Part shown: in pieces, positions 24,860 to 38,263 of the stretch
How positions within the stretch are numbered: position 1 is the stretch's first letter
Layout: the number at the start of each line of letters is the position of its first letter
Source: Octopus sinensis
Lineage: Eukaryota
Length of the DNA stretch: 64,000 nucleotides
Direction of reading: 5' to 3'
Assembly (NCBI RefSeq): GCF_006345805.1
Contig: NC_043008.1
Location: 21,390,001-21,454,000, forward strand
The notes under the pieces: generated by a model
Database searches by the model: none
The model's input: only the letters and a program-made list of their open reading frames with translations
Told to the model about the DNA's origin: nothing
Made by a program: the position numbers and the translations under genes

Positions 24860-25079
24860 CAAACAGCCACACACGCAGGAACTGAAGTAAACAGATTAAT
24901 ACTTTAACAGTGCAAAGGGAGAAATAGAAATGAATATGTAAGATTTTTTATTTATATTTACTAGTTTTTATTTAGATTTTTTATTTATATGTTAGTTTCA
25001 AAGTTTACGACCCATAGAGCTATGTGTGTGAGTGTGCCTACATATATATACATATGTATTATGCATATATAGATATAAT

Positions 25080-25111
<32 letters not shown>

Positions 25112-25120
25112 ACATATGTA

Positions 25121-25170
<50 letters not shown>

Positions 25171-25188
25171 ACATACTATATATATATA

Positions 25189-25540
25189 CAGGCGTGGCTG
25201 TGTGTGGTAAGAAACTTGCTTCCCAACCACATGGTTCCAGGTTCAGTCCCACTGCGTGGCACCTATGGCAAGTGTCTTCTACTATAGCCTCGGGCCGACC
25301 AGAGTGGATTTAGTAGCCGGAAACCGAAAGAAGCCCGTCGTGCATATATATATGTTTATATTCATGTGTTTGTGTGTTTGTGTATTTATTTCCACGAAAC
25401 TTAACGGTTCGTGGAATAAGACCCGATAGAATAAGTACTACATTTATAGGGAATAAGTTCTGAGGTCGATTTGTTTAACTAAAGTCGGTGCTCAAGTATG
25501 GCCGCTTTCAAATGACTGAAACGTGTAAAAGAGTAAAAAG
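25189..25540 (+). mobile_element. SINE family A, near full-length
   Basis: Head, internal (TA/TG)n and tail GCATGGCC...AAATGACTGAAAC...TAAAAGAGTA. Confidence 0.9.
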
Positions 25541-25837
25541 TATATATGAATATACACATATACACGTATATATAATGTATATACACTCTATGTATACATG
25601 TAAACAAATATACAAATGTGTGTGCATACATACATAGATACATAGATACATATAAATATATATATATTATATATATTCCAGTAAATATTGGTGCCTAGTT
25701 GTACCATTTATCTACTTTTATATATATACATACACCACACACACACACCAACACACACACATATATATATATAATATATATATATAATATATATATATAT
25801 AAACGGAATCTTTATGAAAATAAACAAAAATTATATA

Positions 25838-25873
<36 letters not shown>

Positions 25874-26239
25874 TATATATATGTATATATGTAGGCATAT
25901 GCATATAAGTTTGTGTGACCTTGGCGTCTATGCTATTTGAATAAATCTACGTGTATAATAAACATTCAAAACATACACCAGTAACATGGTATGTATAAAC
26001 AACGGAACACATAAAAATTAACAATATATAAATAGGAACGAAATTTAAGATAATCTAAGGAAACGCTGAAAATAAATGTAAACGTAAATCGTAGCAGGAA
26101 TATCACAGGATTTTCCATTCCCATCTTATTAACCTCGGATTTAGGTTATCTATACTTCATCTCTGAGTCACTGGTTCATGTTATAAATGTATTTATATAG
26201 AATTCATCACACCTCAGGCCATAAAGTTGATTTATGTCT

Positions 26240-26690
26240 TTATGTATGTATGTATGTATGCATGTATGTATGTATGTATGTTGTTATGTATTATGTATGT
26301 ATGTATGTATGCATGTATGTAATGTATGCATGTATGTAATGTATGTATGTAATGTATGTATGTATGTATGCATGTATGCATGTATGCATGTATTGTAATG
26401 TATGTATGTATGTATGTATGTATGTAATTATGTATGCATGCATGTATGTATGTATGTAGTATGTATGTATGTATGTATGTATGCATGTATGTATGTACAT
26501 GTATGTATGTATGCATGTATGCATGTATGTATGTATGTATGTATGTTGATGTATGTAGTTATGTATGCATGTAAATGTATTATGCATGCATGTTATGTAT
26601 GCATGCATGTATGTATGTATGTATGTATGTATGTAATGTGTATGTATGTATGTATGTATGTATGCATGTATGTATGTATGTATATATATA
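26240..26690. repeat. Long degenerate (TATG)n microsatellite
   Basis: Direct reading. Confidence 0.9.
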
Positions 26691-26928
26691 CATACACACA
26701 CTAGATATAGATAGATTGATAAATAGATAGATAGAGAGATAGATATAGATATACGTATATATATATGTATGTGTGCATGTGTGATTGTAAAACTGGAGTC
26801 ATACAAAATAGCACACAGAAATAAATCACTGATATATATCATTTATATATATATCATTTATATATATATACGTCTATGTAGATACATATATAATATATAC
26901 ACACATATTTATATAATATACATATACA

Positions 26929-27010
<82 letters not shown>

Positions 27011-27017
27011 ATATATA

Positions 27018-27068
<51 letters not shown>

Positions 27069-27150
27069 CATATCAAATGGTGCTATAAAGTTAGTCGTGG
27101 CCTGGACCAATCTTTATTATCGAGACATATCTAAGTTTATATATAAAATA

Positions 27151-27656
27151 TATATAAGAATGCATATAAATATATACACTAAGAGAAGACCTATAGCAGG
27201 ACTCCTTACATCCTAGAAATACCAGTTAAACCCAACCACGAAAAATAATTCTAAAGGCACGGTGATAAATCACTAGAATGAAAGGAATTATTATTTTTAG
27301 TTAATCCCAAACTCGAGTTTCTCTATTAATGAGCTAATAAATTTGATATCCGCAGTTCGTCAGTGGGATCGCTGAAACAATGCATAATTATGTAACAATG
27401 GTACGTACCAAAAAAAAAAAACACGTGCCAGCTACATCCTTATGATATTATGGTTTTAATTCAAACATGCAGGTGCATTCACATAACGAGCAGCACTAGG
27501 AAGTTTTACTGTGTGTGTGTTTGTGGGGAAAAAATTAGAAAAATTATGACAAGTGGTTCGCACGCGTAATAAAATTATAAGACAACATATTTTCATATAT
27601 AAGAATGCATATAGATATATACACAAAGAAAAGACCTATAGCAGGACACCTTACAT
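27151..27656 (-). mobile_element. Direct-repeat-bounded element containing a hammerhead (retrozyme-like)
   Basis: ~60-bp direct repeats TATATAAGAATGCATATA.ATATATACAC.AAGA.AAGACCTATAGCAGGAC.CCTTACA at 27151-27210 and 27596-27656 (period 445) bracket the hammerhead. Confidence 0.6.
27304..27369 (-). ncRNA. Minimal type I hammerhead ribozyme motif
   Basis: Minus strand: ATCCCA-CTGACGA-ACTGCGGAT...ATTAATAGA-GAAA-CTCGAG-TT|TGGGAT. 6-bp stem I, perfect palindromic stem III ACTCGAGT, stem II partly mismatched. Confidence 0.8.
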
Positions 27657-27699
27657 GGACTCCTTACACTCACACATATATACATATATTTAATTATAT

Positions 27700-27736
27700 A
27701 TATATTTATCTATCTGTCTACTTATTTATCTGTCTG

Positions 27737-27835
<99 letters not shown>
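27700..27835. repeat. (TATC)n microsatellite
   Basis: Direct reading. Confidence 0.95.
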
Positions 27836-29045
27836 GCCGAGGAAGGGCGAATGGCACCGCGAGTGTCGCGTTGCTCTCAAGCAACTCTGCCGTCCTGGGT
27901 CGACCTTGAGTGACATCAACACAACCAAAGCATTCTATAGGGGATTAGTGGAGGGGAGGTACGACGACGAGCTCAGGGCGAACCTGGACGTCGACGAGGA
28001 GTACCTGACCCACCTGTTCAGGACGACTTTCGGGCCAGGGCCCATGGACAACTTCCAGAGATCCCTGGCCTGGCAGTGCTAAACCGAGAAGCGCTACCCG
28101 TTCGGGATAAGCTCTACACACACGGCTCGAAAACACGGGGCCGACCTGCCCGAGATGCGGTCAGAGCGACGAAACCGTTCTGCACGCACTCGTGCAGTGT
28201 CCACAAATTTCCGATCTGTGGGCTTATGTCGAACAACTACTGCTGTCACGTGTGGGACGAGTTCGGTTTTATCAGCTGAGTCTATCGTCAATATTTTCAC
28301 GCCTTCTTTCTTCAAACGGGAAGGAAGAGCTATTTTCATCATCCTTGTGGCTATGGCGAAAGAATGTAATCTGTGGACGCGTCTGAAAGGATTGGAGACA
28401 AACACTTTCCTCTCTGGTCAATCTCTCATCGACTTCTTCAAGTACCACTTGAAAGGAAAGTGAGAGTAGAGAGGCAAGTTTTGTCTAGCGAATGTTTTAA
28501 AAAAGATGGGTGAATGTAGCAAGGATGCACGTATGAATGACGAAGCCACCTTGAGCATAATCCTATGAACCCAGAAATTGAAAACAGAGGGTTACCCACT
28601 TGCAAACAATGTGGTAATCGGTAAACCATAAACAATATTGACCAAGGTTACTGTGGTCTTTTTCGTAGGCTTTTCTTCCACGGATAAACCTTACTTACTT
28701 TTCCCCTTTACACCAATATCATAACACTGTGATACACGATCCCTATTGATCGTTCTTTTGTTTCCTCTTCCCCTTTTTCCCCCTTTTTCTTCTTTTTTCA
28801 TTTCTCTTTCCTTTTGTTCCTTTTTCTTTCTTTTTTTCTTCTTTTTTTCTTTTTATTCTTTTATTAAAAAATTTGTTTTGTTTTGTTTTTGTTCTTTTCT
28901 TCCCTTTTACGATCCCTCTTGATCGAAAACCTACGCCACCCGTTTTTTTTTCTTTTGTTTTTTGTTCTCTTCATCCCCCAAAAGAAAAGCTCTACCTTGT
29001 AACTTGTCCCATCTGTGTGCAGCCCTGTGTGGCCAATAAAGAAAC
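27836..29045 (+). mobile_element. 5'-truncated L1/Tx1-clade non-LTR retrotransposon (ORF2 C-terminus with zf-RVT, 3' UTR)
   Basis: Frameshifted translation ...KAFYRGLVEGRYDDEL...MDNFQRSLAWQC/YREALPVRDKLY../TCPRCGQSDETVLHALVQCPQISDLWAYVEQLL...LVAMAKE...WTRLKG...RWVNVARM. CX2CX8HX4C zinc finger at 28147-28200; stop at ~28568; polypyrimidine 3' UTR; AATAAA at 29035-29040. Confidence 0.85.
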
Positions 29046-30039
29046 TTATCTATCTATCTATATACATATATATATATACGTGTTTGTGTGTATGTGTGTG
29101 GCATATGTGTATATTTGTATTGTGTGCAAATAAGTCTGCATGCATATTATATTGACACGGCACTTCATAATTTCATGTGCAATCTCTCGAAGACATGTCG
29201 CGAATAATCACGATAGAATTATGAGACAAAGAACTGCACCGCACAAATACTCATGCATACAGATACAGACACAAACACACGTACGAGCACTTATACATAC
29301 TCACACACACGTATGCATACACACACATACATACATACAAACACTAGATATAGATATGCATTCATAAATACATACATAGATATAGACATACATACATACA
29401 TACATGCATGCATACATATATATATCCATACAAACATACACATGTTAGCTCCAAATCTGTTTAGTCTAGGAAGTATATATCGATCAAACTTTTAGAAGTT
29501 CGACTTCAAAAGATTTCAATTCTTGTTTTTCGCATTCAATATGTCTTCCAATATATTATGTATTTCCCTATTCTTAATTCGAAATTCGGTGCATACGTCT
29601 TGTTGACATCGATTATCATCATGTACGTTCACTCAAGTTTCAATAAATATCTGCCAAATACCCTATAAATCAAACTCTATCCTGGTTTAAAAGGACACCC
29701 GAGATAATGAAGTCCTAAATTTAATGTTGTATCTAACGTAAGGTGAGACTGTCATGGCGACTGAAATGCCATTGATCAAAAGTTTACTTTAACTCGAATG
29801 ATTTAGGACCAAACGATATTGGACAATTGAGGATAATTTGGGTCAGACGTTTTGAAACATTATATGAACAGCAGCGGAATAATATATAGACGAACTGATA
29901 TATGAACTATTTTGAATGGGGGAATGTAATATCAAAATCGACCTCTACATGAATTAATTCAGATTGCACAGCACCAGAACAAAAGATAATGGCGTCGAAA
30001 TTTGGAACACTTTTAATTTTAAGGGGAAGGGGAAATCGT

Positions 30040-30345
30040 TTACATTGATCCCCTTTCCCCACCAATGTTTAAGTTTCCTTATTTTATCGATACCGAACAG
30101 AGGAAAAGCAAAGCAGACCTCGACGTAATTTGAACGTAAAAAAACGGAAGAAAATACCGCTAGCCAATTTGTGCGACACACTTACGATTCTAACAATTGC
30201 CATCTCAGAAAAAATAATAATGGTTTCGAACTTTAGCTCATCGCTAGCAATTACCATTGACCTCATTGCTCAACTGGTACTTAGTTTATTGACGCTGAAA
30301 GGATAAAATGCAAAGTCGACCTCCGCAGAATTTGAGCTCGGACAA
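30040..30345 (-). mobile_element. Degenerate SINE family B-type fragments
   Basis: ATTTTATCGATACCGAA...AAAGCAGACCTCGACG.AATTTGAAC and TTTATTGACGCTGAAAGGATAAAATGCAAAGTCGACCTCCGCAGAATTTGAGCTC. Confidence 0.7.
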
Positions 30346-30620
30346 AATTCACATCATCATATTTTGACACATAAGGGAGCATCATAACGAAGCATACAAT
30401 CTATTAGATACACAGTCAATAATTCTCCAAACTTACCGAAATGTTTCTAGCTGAGAAAAGTGACATAAAATGCCATTAGAAGGTATCATATAAAGAATAC
30501 GAAATGGCTTGGTAACGTGTTCCATGGTTTCGCTAATTGTTCTACGTGCTTGTGTAGTTACGAGCAGACATCGTAGACACCCCCTCTACACTATTTCTAC
30601 TTGACCGAGAGGCACGTCGA

Positions 30621-30720
30621 NNNNNNNNNNNNNNNNNNNNNNNNNNNNNNNNNNNNNNNNNNNNNNNNNNNNNNNNNNNNNNNNNNNNNNNNNNNNNNNN
30701 NNNNNNNNNNNNNNNNNNNN
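30621..30720. other. Assembly gap (100 N)
   Basis: Run of exactly 100 n, a conventional unknown-size scaffold gap. Confidence 0.99.
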
Positions 30721-31127
30721 GTCACATCTGATATTATATCCGTATAAGTTCTGTAACAAAATTATTCGAAAAAAACCCCATCAATTTATTGTATTTGAGG
30801 GATTTTAAAGTTGTATTGGGGGCATGAAACTTTAAATATTTTATAAATATTATATTATCAAATATATTATTATCATACAGGCCTTAGCTATATTATTATT
30901 ACTCCTATCTACCCTTTTCCAAAATATTTTAGGAGATTTTAGAATATTTTCTCTGCCCCATTATACACATTGAGCCTAACGTAAAGAATTTAGCCTGGGA
31001 TTCAGTTACGTGTCACATCTGATATTATATCCGTATACGTTCTGTAACAAAATTATTCGAAAAAAAAAACCCCACCAATTTATTGTATTTGAGGGATTTT
31101 AAAGTTGTTTTGGGAGCATGAAACTTT
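30721..31127 (+). repeat. ~112-bp direct repeat, period 291 bp, abutting the gap
   Basis: GTCACATCTGATATTATATCCGTATA.GTTCTGTAACAAAATTATTCG... at 30721 and 31012. Confidence 0.9.
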
Positions 31128-31505
31128 TTACACTGGTTTCATAGTTGTTGAGGTCAAAGGTATTGTAGTATATAAGTTATCTGTATTAATGTGTTGCGCG
31201 ATGCTGTGTTTCTTAATCTGGTTCTCTACACTTCTAGAGTGTCGCTGTTTTCTACTAGAAGTCGAAAGTCAATGTTGTGTCTATGTATTAGATATTGATT
31301 TTATGATGCTAATGAGACGTCTTCTGTATTGGCTTGGACGACTAATTCTTGTCGGAGTCTAATGAGAAATCACGTTTCCTATGTTGTTGCTATTGTATAA
31401 ATGTTTCCTGAAATATCTCGACGTGTAGGTCGTGTTTGATTAAAAAAATTTCTTCCTTAAAAAAAGGTCATTTGTTTGCGGTGGAGCTGTTGATAATGTG
31501 AGATA

Positions 31506-31895
31506 TACTCTTTTACTTGTTTCAGTCATTTGACTGTGGCCATGATGGAGCACCGCCTTCAGTCGAGCAAATCGACCCCAGGACTTATTCTTTGTAAGCT
31601 TATTACTTATTCTATCGGTCTCTTTTGCCGAACCACCTCTAAGTTCGTAAACCCACCAGCATCGGTTGTCAAGCGATGTTGGGGGGACAAACACAGACAC
31701 CCCCCCCACATATATATATATACATATATACGACGGGCTTCTTTCAGATTCCGTCTACCAAATCCACTCACAAGGCTTTGGTCGGCCCGAGGCTATAGTA
31801 AAAGACGCTTGCCCCAGGTGCCACGCAGTGGGACTGAACTCGGAACCATGTGGTTGATAAGCAAGCTACTTACCACACAGCCACTCCTACGCCTA
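31506..31895 (-). mobile_element. SINE family A, full-length
   Basis: Complete reverse complement of the 58319 copy, including the internal microsatellite. Confidence 0.95.
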
Positions 31896-32981
31896 TATGT
31901 TAAATAAAATTACGTACGAGCATTTATCTAAATGATGTCTGCTGTTTGGGTATGTCATTGATAAGGGAGAAAATGGCAGTCCTTTTTTTTAATGGTGCTG
32001 TTGTTATTATTGTTGTATTTTTTGTATGCTAAACGTTGAATGTGAATTTGGACGTTCGGCAAAGTCTTGTTTGATGGTATTGAATTGTATGTATTTTGTT
32101 AAATACTTAGATTTTTATCAGTTTTAAAACTTGTTTCGTACACATTCAACTTTTTCGAGCATCAGGCATATATAACTTATGAATATGTTATTTTGAATAG
32201 AATTTCCATCTTTCCATCGAATTTCATGCCGTGACCATCTCCCTATCTATTCTGACATATTTTGATTCGGATTTCTCTACTTTATCTACTTTATCGATTT
32301 ATGACAGTAAAATTTGAATGAGGTTCAGCTGTTACTTATAGCAACTCTGGCAATCGAGAAGATATGGTGTTGGCATGATGTTTCTAAATGTAACGAAAAA
32401 AATCCTTATGGTTTAACGAATATACAAAATTATATAGATTTGTTACAGCCGAGGAAAGTCACGTATTTTACCTTTCAAATAGAAATAAATAGAATTCACA
32501 AGACACACGTTTTAATCAATAACAACCGCACGCATATATAGATACGTACATACATATATGCATCCATACACTTATATAAACACAGTTAAGTATGTTTAAC
32601 CATTTCATTGAAAACATTTTAATATATTGGCATAACAACTGTGGTCGTATCTAACGAGCATAAGAAATTAGTGAGGTTGCTTGAGAGAAACGGCGTCACT
32701 ATATTTGCCAAGAATGTGTCACAATTGGATAGAGAGCAACTCAATGGTTTAATGGCTAACAGTAACTGCCCTACATGTATGAAGGTGTGTGCAGAAATAG
32801 TTATAAATGTATGTTTATCTACAGTGTATTGTCTCTAATAATGGCATGGAATATTATTTTAGCAAACTCTGAATTACACATAAACTAATGGTTCCGGTGG
32901 ATTTTCAGCGGAATAAATCATTGTTTTCTATAAATCTAATATACAACTATAACTACATCTATCTGTCTATCCATTTCTGTT

Positions 32982-33084
<103 letters not shown>

Positions 33085-33374
33085 TTGGAAAAGGATGCGT
33101 GGCGTTCGATCATATAATGATATAAATAATATATGAATATATGCATATATACATACATACATGTACATATCTACATATATATGTATATATATACATGCAT
33201 ATATAGGTACAGGACATAAAAAAAAAACGTTGAAGATAATGAGAAACGAAAACCTATATATATAAACACACACATACATATATACACATGTATACACATA
33301 TATACACGGACACATATATGTACGAGTGGGTAGACAAACGAAAAAAGTAGCACTCATCTCCAAATATATATATA

Positions 33375-33436
<62 letters not shown>

Positions 33437-33460
33437 GTATGTATGTGAGTGTGTGTGTGT

Positions 33461-33732
33461 TGTTGTTTTTGTTTGTTCCTTCTCGAATTATGGGTGGCAT
33501 TTAAGGGCCAGTTTCCCGGTTTCCTTGGCGTATAGGTTCCCCACCTGGATGGGACGCCGGTCCGTCGTAGGTGAGCTGCAAGATACAGGAGGAAAATGTG
33601 AGGAAAAGAGTGGTGAAAGAGTCAGCAGAAGTTCGCCATTACCTTCTACCGGATCCGCGTGGAGTTTAGGTGCTTCGTTCATAGGCACACACACCGATAC
33701 GAACCGATGATTTCTCGACCGCGAGTCCGCTA
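33461..33732 (-). mobile_element. SINE family C
   Basis: Reverse complement of the 23255 copy (GGGAAACTGGCCC, CCATCCAGGTGGGGAACCTATACGCCAAGG). Confidence 0.85.
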
Positions 33733-33748
33733 TATCTATATGTATATC

Positions 33749-33817
<69 letters not shown>

Positions 33818-33839
33818 TTCTATCATCTATCTACAATAA

Positions 33840-33894
<55 letters not shown>

Positions 33895-34738
33895 ATATAT
33901 ATATATATATTAGTAAAAACGTTAAGATAATATGTGTGGTGTGTGTCTCTCTCTCCCTCCCTCTCTGTCTGTCTGTCTGTACTGTCTCTCTCTCTCTCTC
34001 TCCCTCGCTCTCTCTCTATATATATATGTGTGTGTTGTGTGGTGTGTGTGTGTGTGTGGTGTGTGTGCGTGGGGTGTGTGTATGTGTGTGTATGAATATA
34101 TGAATATATGAATAGTTACATATGCATTCTATCGCTGCTGGATATCAATTAAACTTACTAAATATTTGACCGCATACTGCGTATAACGGATGGAGTCGAG
34201 GCATTTTAATAGCCCTAAGTGAAATGTTTTATACCAACTCACAAAATCTCTTGAATTCTCATGAAGACGTGACTTAAGCAAATGTCCTGATGTTTCTAGA
34301 ATACATTATATCATTATAAACCACCCAGCAGTATTATATCTCCATTACTTTAATATAATTACATTCAAATCTCATAAATCACAGTCTTATTTTTTAACGT
34401 TTGTTTCTATGTGCTTAATGTTTTTGACCTTTGTCCAACCTAAGTATAAGATCAGTTTATAATATAAATCGACCTGAAACAACGGGTATTAAATCAACAA
34501 TTAGTTTCTCCTTTAATATTCAGAAAATATTCAAAGAAATATTTTTACTAAAAATCTAAAATATTCAGTTGAAGGCAAGATATTTAGAGACAATGGTGGG
34601 AGTTGTATTTCACAGTTGAGTTAAGATGTCTTGATGGTACCAGACGTGATACATTTTGGAAGGCTTCTATTCTGTGTCTGAACTGTAAAGTGATTTAAAA
34701 TAACCATTATATTTCTTATGACATATATACATACAAAG

Positions 34739-34827
<89 letters not shown>

Positions 34828-34893
34828 GGCACTATCGTCATGATGATGATGATATATATATATATATATATATAATTATGTATGTGTGTGTGT

Positions 34894-35112
34894 AAGGCGG
34901 CGAGCTGGCAGAAACGTTAGCACGCTGGGCGAAATGATTAGTGGTATTTCGTCTGCTGCTACGTTCTGAGTTCAAATTCTGCCGAGGTCGACTTTGTCTT
35001 TCATCCTTTCGGGGTCGATTAAATAAGTACTAGGGTCGATATAATCGAGTTAATCCGTTTGTCTGTCCTTGTCTGTCCTCTCTGTGTTTAGCCCCTTGTG
35101 GGTAGTAAAGAA

Positions 35113-35114
<2 letters not shown>
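34894..35114 (+). mobile_element. SINE family B monomer
   Basis: Head AAGGCGGCGAGCTGGCAGAAACGTTAG to tail GGGTAGTAAAGAAATA. Confidence 0.92.
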
Positions 35115-35151
<37 letters not shown>

Positions 35152-35214
35152 CGGGCATTACGTTGATGAATTTGTTTTACAAGATCCCTGATGTGAAATC
35201 GTGTGTTGAAACAG

Positions 35215-35498
35215 ATATTGTTATATTTTCGGGACGGTCATTTTTTTTCTTGCCAAATTAACACACGCACTATATATTCATTCTTCACTTGTGTATTACT
35301 GTTCTCATTTGATGTCCGTTGTCTGAAAATCTTTCGTCACACACCTGTGAGTTCTTCAGCGACTTTCCATTCCCACGTGTCTCCGCCTGTTCTGTTTAGT
35401 TCAACCACATAAAATAAAATCAGTAATAAAGAAGTGAAAAACGAAAATATAGTGCGTGTATATATTTGGCAAGAACTAAAATGATCATCCTGAAATAA

Positions 35499-35506
<8 letters not shown>
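35215..35506. mobile_element. Foldback element (~85-bp arms) with internal hammerhead-like remnant; partial copy at 39201-39380 (-)
   Basis: ATATTGTTATATTTTCGGGACGGTCATTTTTTTTCTTGCCAAAT...CACGCACTATAT vs ATATAGTGCGTG...ATTTGGCAAGAACTAAAATGATCATCCTGAAATAAAACAATAT. Confidence 0.75.
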
Positions 35507-35556
<50 letters not shown>

Positions 35557-35579
35557 GAAATATGCAAAGAATTGTGTGT

Positions 35580-37140
35580 GCGTTGTGATGTAGGTAGAGT
35601 GATGTGATGTGGTAGTGGGGTATGGAAGTGATATCAGTGAAGGGAGATGGGTAGGATTGAAGAGAGGAGGGGGAGTCAGTCAGATGAAGAGGAGAGGGGA
35701 GTTGAGCCTATGTGACACAAAAGGAGCGATGGGAGAAGATTAAATTCCTGTTCACAGCGAAGGCGGGAGTCCGGATGGCCCCTCTGCAAAGACAATCCGA
35801 ACACAGACAGGTGTTGTAATGAATGACAGGTAGAGCGGAAATGGCGAAATACCGGGATATCATTGCCGAGTCTAATGTTTCGCGGCGTCCCGTTTGACCG
35901 ATGTACAGAGAAGGGCAGAAAGAGCAGGAGATGCAGTAAATGACGTTGCTAGAATTACAGGTAAAGGAGTCAGTGATATGATAGTGACGAAGATGGGTGC
36001 CTGTGAGTATGGTGGTGTTGGAGAGGTAGGGGCAAGTACGGCAGCGTGGGCGGGAGCAGGGGAACGAGTCGGGTTGCGAAGTAGGGATAGGAAAACAACT
36101 GTGGACCAGGAGCTTACGTACATTGTGGGCTCGTTTGAAGGATCAAAGGAGTAGTATGGGGAAGATGTGCGAAGTGGAGGGGTCGGACTGGAGTCGTCGG
36201 AAGACTCGGACAATGGTGCGTTGGAGGGGTAAGGTGGAGAGGTGGTAGGTGAGGGGAAACGGGATACGGGGGAGCGGGTGCGAGTAGAGAGAGCAGAGGC
36301 ACAGTCCACAGAACGTGCTCTGGCAAGGGCTGTGTGGATAGTGGTGAGGGGATATCCACGAAAGATGAAGTGGCGAGCCATGAGTTGAAACTAAGTCTCA
36401 AAGTCATGGATGTCACTGCAGAGCCTGTGCAAGCGGAGGAATTGGGGCTAGGGGATGGATAGCTTGTTGTAGGTAGGGTGGGAGGAGGAGAAGTTGAGGT
36501 ATGAGTGTAAGTTGGTGTGTTTGTAATGGATGGAGGTAGTGAGAGCGGAGTTGTGTATGCTGATTGAAATGTCGAGAAAGGCGACGGAAGTGTTCGAAAT
36601 AGTGCAGGATAATTCGAGGGTAGGGTGGAAGGATTGGTAAAAGAAAGGAAGGAGCCTAGTTGTTTGCGGAAGAGCGAGGTCGAACGGATACAGTCATCAA
36701 TGTAACGACTGTATACTTCGGGAGTGGGATCAGTCAATCTTGAAAATATTTGGGTTTCAACGTAGCCAACGAAAAGGTTTGCATAGTTGGGGCCCATTCG
36801 CGTTCCAATGGCCACTCCCGAGACTTGTTGGTAAAACGCCCCCGTGAATGGGAAGCAGTTGAGGAGGGAAAAGTTCGGCCAAACCAAGCAGTGTGGAGGT
36901 GTTAGGTTGTGGAGTGGGTCGAAAGTCTAGGTAGTGTTTGTTAGCAAGATGTCCTTCGCTATATGGATTCACCGTATAGATACTCTTAATATCAAGAGTA
37001 TAGAGAAGTTTAGTGGGGATTCGAGGGAAGGAGAAAGAGTTGAAAAGACGGAGAGCGTGGTTAGTGTCGTGGATATGGGAGGAGAGGGAAGCCACTAAGG
37101 GGCAAGGACACAGTCGAAGTATTTCAAGACAAGTTCCATG
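35580..37140 (-). mobile_element. Penelope-like element (PLE), 5'-truncated, decayed RT + GIY-YIG endonuclease
   Basis: RT motifs LYTLDIKSIYT, YQQVSGVAIGTRMGPNYANLFVG and RYIDD (36693-36707); Cys-rich linker CSRPRCRTC; GIY-YIG motif NVIYCISCSFCPSLYIGQTGR (35885-35947); several frameshifts. Confidence 0.92.
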
Positions 37141-38203
37141 GGGGCAGTTACGCTTTTACTCAATAAATACACCTCTAACTATGTATAGGATGAGTAATAC
37201 TTCTGTTTGTTTGTTCATTTACTAGTACATATGTGTGTATATATATTTACACACACACATACACACATACTTACTTATGACTGTATAGTATATCGTAATA
37301 ATATTTTATTCTCCGATGTGTTATTAGTATATATACATATATATATATATGTATATATATACATACATATACAAACATATATTTATATATATATGTGTGT
37401 GTGTGTGTATGTATTATCATCTATTTGCACGTACGAGACTATGTTTAAGAAAGTGCTGTATACTAACATAAAACGACAGGTTGTGATTTGAGGAGAGATT
37501 TTGAGAACTATATGAAGCGTTCACGTAAAGTCCGTCTCCTGATGTTTGGAAGTAAACTTCGAGGCTGCTGTGTATACCCAGCTCCGTGTCAGTCACATAT
37601 ACTTGTATTTTAAGCTGTCACCGTAACAGCCCCCCGTCTTATTGAAATTCGAAATGATATTGTTCAAAATAGCCATTTTGGAAAAGAGCGTTGTGTTATC
37701 TGTGACATATTTTAGGACCATTTTTGTAGGGTGGCTGAAAATAAGTTAACTGTTTGTAAAAAAAAAAAATTTCTCTGCATATCCACAGCAATTTCTCTTG
37801 ACTCCCACGTTTTATTTCATATATTTTAGAGTAGGGTGTTGTAGAAATCGGCAAATAAATTCATTACATCAGCAAAGTTTTCAATAGTAACATTGCGAAT
37901 TTTCACTTAATGTTAAGTGGGGAAGATGTTCGGACTGGGATGATTCACACACAAACATATTCAGGATTAAACATGATATCATATTTGTACCTAGGCAGCA
38001 ATGCACAAACACATTCTGGCATGCGCTGGCGTGTACATAGACGCATACACACAGAGAGGTGCACATACGCACATACGCGCGCGCACACACACACATACCT
38101 GATATTTGATTATATAATCAACCATGCATCCATCCGTTAATTTTCTCCACCCACATATCCTGAAAGATTCATGGCGGTAGGGTCCTTTCACACGGTCCCG
38201 CTA

Positions 38204-38263
<60 letters not shown>

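Noticed and set aside
35183-35220. CTGATGT...GAAACAG
   Set aside because: Core is broken and there is no UH triplet or stem III.
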